Shown here: one piece after another, positions 57,194 through 64,000 of the stretch
Position numbering within the stretch: the stretch's first letter is position 1
How the letters are laid out: every line of letters starts with the position of its first letter
Source of the DNA: an archaeon
Lineage (GTDB): Archaea > Nanobdellota > Nanobdellia > CSSed11-243R1
DNA: 64,000 nt
Reading direction: 5' to 3'
Assembly (NCBI GenBank): GCA_024277205.1
Contig: JAJRVP010000015.1
Location: 1,645 to 65,644 of the forward strand
Position numbers and translations under genes: made by a program
Notes under the pieces: generated by a model
The model's database searches: none
Told to the model about the DNA's origin: nothing
Seen by the model: only the letters and a program-made list of their open reading frames with translations

Positions 57194-59854
57194 ATGTACC
57201 ACTCTCTTTCAATTAAAGAAACCTTAGAAAAATTAAAAACTTCATCGAATGGACTATCTGAAGAAGAAGCTAAAAAGAGAATAAAACAATATGGTGCTAA
57301 TGAATTAATAAAAAGAAAGAAAATCAGTTTATTAAAAATAATCCTCAATCAGTTTAAAGATGTCTTTGTTGGATTACTTATTTTTGCAGTTATTGTTTCA
57401 GTTTTATTTGGGGATACTACAGAAACAATTATGATTGGAGTTATTATAATTCTAAATGCTTCAATAGGTGCATTCCAAGAATATAAAGCAGAAAGAGCAT
57501 TAGAGGCATTGAAAAAATATATGTCTCCCAAGGCAAAAGTCATTAGAAATAACAAATTAAAAGTGATTGATGCCAAATTCTTAGTTCCTGGTGATATAGT
57601 TGTAATCGAAGAAGGAGATAGAGTTCCAGCAGATGGACGATTAATCAAAGTTTCAGAATTGGAAATTGATGAATCAATCTTAACAGGGGAATCCACCCCT
57701 GTTAAAAAAAATGTTTCTAAAGTAGGTATCAAAACAATTGTTCCAGAAAGAAAAAACATGGTTTATAGTGGAACATATGTAACAAAAGGAAGGGGAATTT
57801 TTGTCGTTTCATCAACAGGGCAAACTACTCAAGTGGGTAAAATCGCAAAGATGACATATGAAATAAAAGAAGAGGTTTCTCCATTAAAAAGAAAATTATC
57901 AAAATTTGCAAAAAAATTGGCGATTGGGATTGCAGTAATAACCATGTTAATATTTTTAGCAGAAACCTGGCGGGCACTGCAAGCTGGAAATTTAACCACA
58001 TTTAACATCACTAGTTTTTTTATGATAAGTATTGCATTAGCAGTATCTGCAGTTCCAGAGGGGCTTCCAGCAGTAGTTACTATATCCTTAGCACTTGGCG
58101 CAAAGGAGATGGTAAAAAAGAAGGCATTAATAAGAAAACTCTCATCTGTTGAAACCCTTGGTTCTGTAGATATTCTTTGTGTTGATAAAACAGGAACCCT
58201 AACAAAAAATGAAATGACAATAACTAAAATATACACAAATGGAAGAAGAATAGAAGTAAGTGGGATAGGCTATAAACCTCATGGCAAATTTCTTTACAAA
58301 GGAAAAGAATACAAAGGCAAGGACTTAGAAAAACTACTTTTAGCAGGAGCATTAGCAAATAATGCCAAATTAGTAGAAGAAGGGGGTTGGAAGATTATTG
58401 GAGACCCAACAGAAGGTGCATTAATTGTTGCTGCCAAAAAGTATGGCCTTAATTATGAATATCCTGAAGTGATAGAATTTCCTTTTAGTTCAGAGCTAAG
58501 AATGATGTCAACAATAAATAAAATTAATGGAAAAGAATTTATGTTCTCAAAAGGAGCTGTAGAAACCATTCTTGAAAAATGCTCTAAAATTCTTAAAAAT
58601 GGGATGGAACTTCCCATTACAAAAAAAGATAGAGAAAGAGTATTAACTGTTACTGAAAAATTTGCTCATGAAGCTCTTAGGGTTCTTGCAATAGCATACA
58701 AAAAAGGAGATTCTCATAAAGAAGAGAATTTAACCTTTCTTGGACTTGTTGGAATGATTGATCCACCAAGAGAAGAAACTTTTAGTGCTTTTAAGAAGTG
58801 TGAAAATGCTGGTGTAAAAACAATTATGATTACTGGAGACCACAAAATTACAGCAATGGCAATTGCAAAAAAAATTGGAATTCTAAAAAAAGGAAAGGTA
58901 ATTACGGGCGAAGAATTAAAAACAATCAAAGAAGAGGAATTAGCAGAGATTATAGAAGAAATAGATGTTTTTGCAAGAGTGCTTCCAGAGCAAAAACTAA
59001 AAATTGTAAGGGCTTTGAAAAAGAAAGGACATATTGTTGGTATGACTGGGGATGGAGTTAATGATGCTCCAGCTTTAAAAGAAGCTGACATTGGAATTGC
59101 TGTAAATTCTGGAACTGATGTTGCAAAAGAGGCAAGCGACTTAATCTTATTGGACGACAACTATGCAACAATTGTGGCTGCTATTGAAAAAGGAAGAGAA
59201 ATATATGCTAATATCCGCAAATTTTCATTTTTCCTTTTAAGAAGTAATTTTGATGGAATTGCGGTAGTAGGAACTTCAGCATTAATAGGAATCCCTATCC
59301 CTTTTACAGCTTCCATGATTCTTTGGACTAATGTGGCAACAGACGGAGGGCCTGCAATTTCATTAGCAGTTGATCCCCCATCAGATAATCTTATGAATCG
59401 TCCACCAAGAAAAATCAGTGAGGGTTTGCTTGATGGGTACTGGTTCATGATTATTGCTTCTTTTCTTTCTCAATATCTCTCCTCCTTAGGTGTTTTCTTA
59501 TTTGGACTATATACAACTGGAAATCTTGCTGTTGCAAGAACAATGGCTTTTGCGCAAGCAACTTTGAGAGAAATGGTGGTTGTGTGGAATTGTAGAAGTG
59601 AGAAAAAGGGAATATTCAGATTAAACCCATTATCAAACAAATATCTCCTATTAACTGTGGCCTTGTCAGTAATTGGGACAATTTTAATAGCAATAACACC
59701 ATATTTTGCCAAATTTTTTGGTGGTGCTGCATTAACTCTTAATCAATTATCCATTTCTGCGGGTGTTGCAATGCTTGGTGTGTTAATTATGCCAGAATGG
59801 TTTTATGGAAAAAAACTACCAAACCCATTAAAATGGTTTAAAAGATTAAGATAA
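57194..59854 (+). CDS. P-type cation-transporting ATPase (type II, Ca2+-ATPase-like)
   Basis: 886 aa. Phosphorylation motif [13 protein letters not shown] motif and hinge [12 protein letters not shown] are all present. Confidence 0.85.
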   Translation: MYHSLSIKETLEKLKTSSNGLSEEEAKKRIKQYGANELIKRKKISLLKIILNQFKDVFVGLLIFAVIVSVLFGDTTETIMIGVIIILNASIGAFQEYKAERALEALKKYMSPKAKVIRNNKLKVIDAKFLVPGDIVVIEEGDRVPADGRLIKVSELEIDESILTGESTPVKKNVSKVGIKTIVPERKNMVYSGTYVTKGRGIFVVSSTGQTTQVGKIAKMTYEIKEEVSPLKRKLSKFAKKLAIGIAVITMLIFLAETWRALQAGNLTTFNITSFFMISIALAVSAVPEGLPAVVTISLALGAKEMVKKKALIRKLSSVETLGSVDILCVDKTGTLTKNEMTITKIYTNGRRIEVSGIGYKPHGKFLYKGKEYKGKDLEKLLLAGALANNAKLVEEGGWKIIGDPTEGALIVAAKKYGLNYEYPEVIEFPFSSELRMMSTINKINGKEFMFSKGAVETILEKCSKILKNGMELPITKKDRERVLTVTEKFAHEALRVLAIAYKKGDSHKEENLTFLGLVGMIDPPREETFSAFKKCENAGVKTIMITGDHKITAMAIAKKIGILKKGKVITGEELKTIKEEELAEIIEEIDVFARVLPEQKLKIVRALKKKGHIVGMTGDGVNDAPALKEADIGIAVNSGTDVAKEASDLILLDDNYATIVAAIEKGREIYANIRKFSFFLLRSNFDGIAVVGTSALIGIPIPFTASMILWTNVATDGGPAISLAVDPPSDNLMNRPPRKISEGLLDGYWFMIIASFLSQYLSSLGVFLFGLYTTGNLAVARTMAFAQATLREMVVVWNCRSEKKGIFRLNPLSNKYLLLTVALSVIGTILIAITPYFAKFFGGAALTLNQLSISAGVAMLGVLIMPEWFYGKKLPNPLKWFKRLR

Positions 59855-61711
59855 TCTTTTCTTTAATTCCCCTGCAACAATTTCGCCGTCGATTCTTCCG
59901 CGCACTTTTCTCATTACAAATCCCATAAGAACACTAAATTGTTTTTCTTTTGCAAGCTTTTCATTTTCAGAAATAATTTTATCAATTATTTTTCTTAGTT
60001 CGTGGATTGATATTTTTTGAAGCTTTAGTTTTTTCATAACTTGTTCAGCAGTCATTTGTGGCTTTGCCGCTAAATGAGCAAGAATTTCAACAATTGCCTC
60101 TTTTGCTATTTTTCCTTTATTTAACAATTCAAAAGTTTCCTCAAAATGGTGCTTTTTAATTGAGGAAGTATCAAGTCCATATCTCCTTCTTATCTCATCC
60201 TTTGTTGAGACAAGGCTTGATGCAATAATTGTAGGCGAGATGTTTTTAAATTTCTTGACAAGCTCTTCAAATGTAATTAATCCCTCACTATGAAGAATTT
60301 GATTTGCTAAATCTTCAGAAAGCCCCCATCTTTTAAATTTCTTTAATCTATTTTCTGGCTTTTCAGGAATTTTTATCTTTTTCAACAATTCTTTTGAAAC
60401 AGGAACAGGGATTTCATCTGTCTCTGGATACATCCTTGCAGCACCAGGCATTGGACGAAGAAATCTTGTTGTACAATCTTCGCTTACATCTCTAACATCT
60501 TTTGGAACTCCTTTGATATATTGCTCACACCTATCAATTAAAAATGAAAGTGCTTTTTCTGCAAATTCCTTTTCTGCAATTACAAAGGCAAACGCATCCT
60601 CATTTTTGCAATTCAAAAATTTCTTAATTTGAAAAACTTCGTTTTCAGAAATTCCATAATTTGGAAGTTCGTCAGAATGGATAAATCCGCGAATTCCAGT
60701 AAAGTGTTTAACATATTCAACTAAGTCGCGGGCAAGATGTTTTTCTCCTTGAAGTTTTTTCTTTAGAATTGTTGAAAATCCAGAAAGTTTTACAGCAATT
60801 AGATCGTCTTCTCTTTCAATTGCTTTCTTGATAAGATTTGATTCTGTTTTCTCAAAAATTTTCTTTATGTCATAAAATTTCTTTTTTAGTTTTGCTTTTC
60901 TTTGCTTAAGCTTTTTTGAAATTACAATTAATTTTTGCTGTCTTTCAATTTCAAAATCAATTATTTTTGGAATTTCCCTTAAATCTTGCACACCTTTTAT
61001 TTCAACTCTTGTTCCACCTTTAATAGAAACATTTATGTCCTGGCGAATCGTACCAATTCCTCTTTTTACTTTTCCAGTCATTCTCATTAATAAACCAATT
61101 CTTTCTGCTGCATCTTTCGCCATTTGTGGTGTGAAAATATCTGGTTCTGTTCTTAATTCAACAAGGGGAATTCCTAATCTATCGAGCCTAAAAGTAACTG
61201 AATTTGTGGTTTCGCTTATTCTTCTCGCAGAATCTTCTTCAAGAGCAATCATATTAACTCGGACTCTTCCATCTTTAGTTTCTATATAACCATCTTCTGC
61301 AATTAATGCTGTTCTTTGAAATCCAGAAGTATTTGAACCATCTATAACAGTTTTTCTCATTATTTGAATTTCATCAAAAGGTTTCATGTTAAGCAAAAGT
61401 GCAATTTGAAGTCCAATGATTAATGCTTCCTCATTTAGCTTGTGTGGTGGCTCTTCATCCAATTCAACCAAGCAAGTTGTATCATTGTAACCTTGATAAA
61501 TAAACGTTCTTTCTCTTTGTTGTTCTGAAATCGCAGCAATATCTGTTCTTCCCAATTCTCCAGCCACTGCTTTTAATTTTCGCTTAATTTCAAAATTAGG
61601 TTTATCATCTCTTAAACTAGAAGGACAACTACAAAAAAGCTTATGAGTATCAAGCTGCTGATGAATTTCAAGCCCGCATTTCAAGCCAATTTTTTTATAA
61701 TCCATAATCAC
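59846..61711 (-). CDS. gatE: Glu-tRNA(Gln) amidotransferase subunit E
   Basis: 621 aa. N-terminus MDYKKIGLKCGLEIHQQLDTHKLFCSCPS is the GatE signature. Confidence 0.85.
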   Translation of the reverse strand: MIMDYKKIGLKCGLEIHQQLDTHKLFCSCPSSLRDDKPNFEIKRKLKAVAGELGRTDIAAISEQQRERTFIYQGYNDTTCLVELDEEPPHKLNEEALIIGLQIALLLNMKPFDEIQIMRKTVIDGSNTSGFQRTALIAEDGYIETKDGRVRVNMIALEEDSARRISETTNSVTFRLDRLGIPLVELRTEPDIFTPQMAKDAAERIGLLMRMTGKVKRGIGTIRQDINVSIKGGTRVEIKGVQDLREIPKIIDFEIERQQKLIVISKKLKQRKAKLKKKFYDIKKIFEKTESNLIKKAIEREDDLIAVKLSGFSTILKKKLQGEKHLARDLVEYVKHFTGIRGFIHSDELPNYGISENEVFQIKKFLNCKNEDAFAFVIAEKEFAEKALSFLIDRCEQYIKGVPKDVRDVSEDCTTRFLRPMPGAARMYPETDEIPVPVSKELLKKIKIPEKPENRLKKFKRWGLSEDLANQILHSEGLITFEELVKKFKNISPTIIASSLVSTKDEIRRRYGLDTSSIKKHHFEETFELLNKGKIAKEAIVEILAHLAAKPQMTAEQVMKKLKLQKISIHELRKIIDKIISENEKLAKEKQFSVLMGFVMRKVRGRIDGEIVAGELKKRLS

Positions 61712-62985
61712 ACCAAAAATACTTTTGGACTTAATGAGGGATTTATCTCTCCAGTCATGTTTTTCTTCATTAATTCCTTAACCTTATCCAACTTCTTTGT
61801 TTTTCCCAAAACATGCATAAGTTTTACATAAGCAACTTCTGGAAGCATATCCTCGCAAAAAATTGCACCAGTGTTTTCTAATTTTCTAAGATTAGAATAA
61901 ACAAATTCATGTGTTCTTCCATAAAGACATTGAGATGTTATGCAAACAGCAATTCCTTTTTTAATAGCACTTCTTATTTTCAGAATCAAGGAATCCTTTC
62001 CTGTTGTAGGTATATGTCCAAGCCCTGTTCCCATTAAAATAATACCATGATATCTTTGCTTGATGTAATAATCAATTATTTTTGGATTCATTCCAGGATA
62101 GATGTAAACAAGTGCAACTTTCTTGTCAATTTTTGTATCTAATTCATTTTTTCCATCTAGTTTTTTATAATCAATTAAAATTTCTATTCTTCCATCTGGA
62201 AAAACTTTTGCAATTGGAAATTGATTTATAGAACGAAAAGCATCTCTCCTGCTCGTGTGCATCTTTCTTACTTTTGTTCCACGATGTAAATAGCAGAAGT
62301 CATCATTTGGAGTCGCATGCATACAAACCATAACTTCCCCAATCCTTTGAGTTGCAGCAATCACAGAACAAATTAGATTCATAAAAGTGTCGCTACTTCC
62401 TCTGTCAGTTGAACGCTGCGCACCAACCAAGACAATTGGTTTTGAAAGCTTTGGAAACATAAATGAAAGCATAGCAGCTGTGTAATGAAGAGTATCTGTG
62501 CCATGTGTTATAACAACTCCAGAAACATCTTTTTTGTTCAATTCTTTGTAAACTTCTTTTGCAAGTTTAACCCAATCATCTGGATTAACATCCTCACTCA
62601 TTATCTGTAATACTTGTTTTGCTCTTATGTTTGCAAATTTCAAAATTTTTGGCTCAAGCTCTACAAAATCTTCTGCAGTTAAAGAAGCATAAGTTCCACC
62701 AGTAGTATAGTCAACTTTTGAAGAAATTGTTCCGCCTGTTGAAAGAATAGAAACTGTTGGAAGTTTTTTATTTTGTTTTATCTTTTTTCTCCTTGCTTTT
62801 TTCTTTTTTGCTTTCTTGATTACTTTTATTTTTTTAATATTTTTTTTGTCAATCCCAATGTTATAACCAGAATTAAGTTTGATAACAATTGTGTTGCTCT
62901 TTAAAATTTCTGGCTTTGGCATTAAAATTCCTTTATAGGTTTTGTTTTTTGTAATTACTTCTACTAAATCTCCTGGTTTAGCCAT
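61708..62985 (-). CDS. gatD: Glu-tRNA(Gln) amidotransferase subunit D (asparaginase-like)
   Basis: 425 aa. The asparaginase fold TGGTI motif is present. Overlaps gatE by 4 nt. Confidence 0.85.
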   Translation of the reverse strand: MAKPGDLVEVITKNKTYKGILMPKPEILKSNTIVIKLNSGYNIGIDKKNIKKIKVIKKAKKKKARRKKIKQNKKLPTVSILSTGGTISSKVDYTTGGTYASLTAEDFVELEPKILKFANIRAKQVLQIMSEDVNPDDWVKLAKEVYKELNKKDVSGVVITHGTDTLHYTAAMLSFMFPKLSKPIVLVGAQRSTDRGSSDTFMNLICSVIAATQRIGEVMVCMHATPNDDFCYLHRGTKVRKMHTSRRDAFRSINQFPIAKVFPDGRIEILIDYKKLDGKNELDTKIDKKVALVYIYPGMNPKIIDYYIKQRYHGIILMGTGLGHIPTTGKDSLILKIRSAIKKGIAVCITSQCLYGRTHEFVYSNLRKLENTGAIFCEDMLPEVAYVKLMHVLGKTKKLDKVKELMKKNMTGEINPSLSPKVFLV

Positions 62986-62993
62986 ACAAAAAT

Positions 62994-63196
62994 AAAAGAA
63001 AGAGCAGTTTATTAATTTAGTCCTTTAACATTTTCTTTTAGTGCAGGTTTTCTTTCTAAAAGAAAAAGTGCAAAGAAAGAGCAGTTTATTAATTTAGTCC
63101 TTTAACATTTTCTTTTAGTGCAGGTTTTCTTTCTAAAAGAAAAAGTGCAAAGAAAGAGCAGTTTATTAATTTAGTCCTTTAACATTTTCTTTTAGT
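62994..63196. repeat. 77-bp tandem direct repeat, 2.6 copies, each with an 11-bp-stem hairpin and TATA-like box
   Basis: Unit caaagaaagagcagtttattaatttagtcctttaacattttcttttagtgcaggttttctttctaaaagaaaaagtg is repeated at about 62994, 63071 and 63148 (partial). It contains ttttcttttag/ctaaaagaaaa as an inverted repeat. Confidence 0.7.
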
Positions 63197-63473
63197 CTTT
63201 TAATAAGAATTCTTGAGGATTCCTAAACATATATCTTATTCTTCCCATTGGAGTAAGACGCCTATATATTTCAATAGATGTACTTTGTCCAACTCCTTCA
63301 GAAACTACGGGTTTCTCAACATAGTCATCTAACGCACTTCTACCTAATGCACTTCTAACTACTTCATTAGCTCTCATACCTTTTAAAACTGCATCAATTG
63401 GTATTGGTTCTTCTGGTTGATAAGGAGTTGTAGGAAATTCCACTCCTCTTTTTATATATTCATTTCCACTCAT
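63192..63473 (-). CDS. hypothetical small protein
   Basis: 93 aa. Stop codon lies inside the third repeat copy. Confidence 0.25.
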   Translation of the reverse strand: MSGNEYIKRGVEFPTTPYQPEEPIPIDAVLKGMRANEVVRSALGRSALDDYVEKPVVSEGVGQSTSIEIYRRLTPMGRIRYMFRNPQEFLLKD

Positions 63474-63497
63474 TTTTTATTTCACCTCTTGGTAGTT

Positions 63498-63860
63498 TCA
63501 GTTTGATGATTTATCGGCTTTATAAAGCTTTTGGTCTATTGTTGGGAGATATTTCCCTATCTCGTGACACATCTCCAACAAGTAGGGTTCCAAATCAGCA
63601 TTTGGGTTGGAATTAGGAACTTGTAATATTCCATTTATGCCAATCATCTCAAAAGATTTTTCAGTCAAATTTCTATATTCTGGTTTTACAGTTATTATTC
63701 TTATTTGACCTGGAAACTGTTCATCAGCTATTCTCTCAAGAGTAGATTTAATAACTCTTGCTGCTTTTAATGGACCTAACATCTCTGCAGCGTCAAGAAA
63801 ATAATCACTATGTAGCTCCTTTTCAAATCTTATATATGCAATTATGTCAATTGCTTCCAT
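63498..63860 (-). CDS. hypothetical protein
   Basis: 120 aa. Confidence 0.25.
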   Translation of the reverse strand: MEAIDIIAYIRFEKELHSDYFLDAAEMLGPLKAARVIKSTLERIADEQFPGQIRIITVKPEYRNLTEKSFEMIGINGILQVPNSNPNADLEPYLLEMCHEIGKYLPTIDQKLYKADKSSN

Positions 63861-63868
63861 AAACTCAC

Positions 63869-64000
63869 CTAATTATTTTGCCTTATTCCATAACTTCCAA
63901 GAGTGGCTAAATATTGTTTAGCCATTCTTCTTGCATCCTCTTTATTCCCATTTTGTGCAGCAATTTGTGTTAATGCACATAATCCCCAAACATCCTCAAT
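63869..64000 (-). CDS. C-terminal fragment of a hypothetical protein (gene continues past window end)
   Basis: Open minus-strand frame ends with ...YLATLGSYGIRQNN and a stop at 63869. Confidence 0.15.
   Translation of the reverse strand: MEDVWGLCALTQIAAQNGNKEDARRMAKQYLATLGSYGIRQNN

Noticed and set aside
57349-59712. Minus-strand ORFs (80-148 aa) within the P-type ATPase gene
   Set aside because: They are antisense to a gene with complete P-type ATPase motifs.
62994-63196. Possible CRISPR array
   Set aside because: Only 2.6 copies of a 77-bp unit with no unique spacers, so it is a plain tandem duplication. There are no cas genes in the window.

Overview
This is a very AT-rich (roughly 30% GC) archaeal chromosomal segment, gene-dense and mostly transcribed on the minus strand. 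The gene content (GatD/GatE, Pelota, XPD, ribosomal proteins L10e and L15e, NAC, tRNA genes with bulge-helix-bulge-type introns) and the tiny intergenic spacers suggest a small-genome archaeon, possibly DPANN-like; that placement is inference.

Housekeeping content:
- a purine cluster (purE-purB-purC divergent from purD plus a divergent PurN-like gene);
- RNase Z, XPD/Rad3 helicase, PEP synthase, rpl10e, rpl15e, NAC-alpha;
- a dUTPase-family gene and a P-loop kinase, cytidylate kinase, Pelota;
- an AsnRS-like class II synthetase and GatD/GatE;
- a P-type ATPase, a CPA antiporter, a CaCA exchanger and an MFS transporter;
- a cell-envelope trio (GT1 glycosyltransferase, LmbE-type deacetylase, PAP2 phosphatase).

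Accessory content:
1. A four-gene locus (6355..8632) in which a HerA/FtsK-like DUF87 ATPase fused to a C-terminal winged helix is bracketed by two paralogous AN1-like zinc-finger mini-proteins.
2. A roughly 3.4 kb integrated element (30262..33697) bounded by an exact 12-bp direct repeat that matches the 3' end of an intron-containing tRNA-Thr. It carries a truncated tyrosine recombinase and a compositionally foreign GC-rich small gene with a structured GC-rich upstream region.
3. Three intron-containing tRNA genes (Thr, Leu, Glu), all on the minus strand, whose introns belong to one conserved sequence family. Non-canonical intron positions (D-loop, T-arm 53/54, T-loop) are indicated.
4. A HEPN-MNT toxin-antitoxin pair.
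5. A 77-bp tandem repeat (2.6 copies, each with an 11-bp-stem hairpin and a TATA-like box) upstream of gatDE.
6. A five-gene hypothetical cluster with a probable frameshift (52201..54503).

No CRISPR array or rRNA gene is present.
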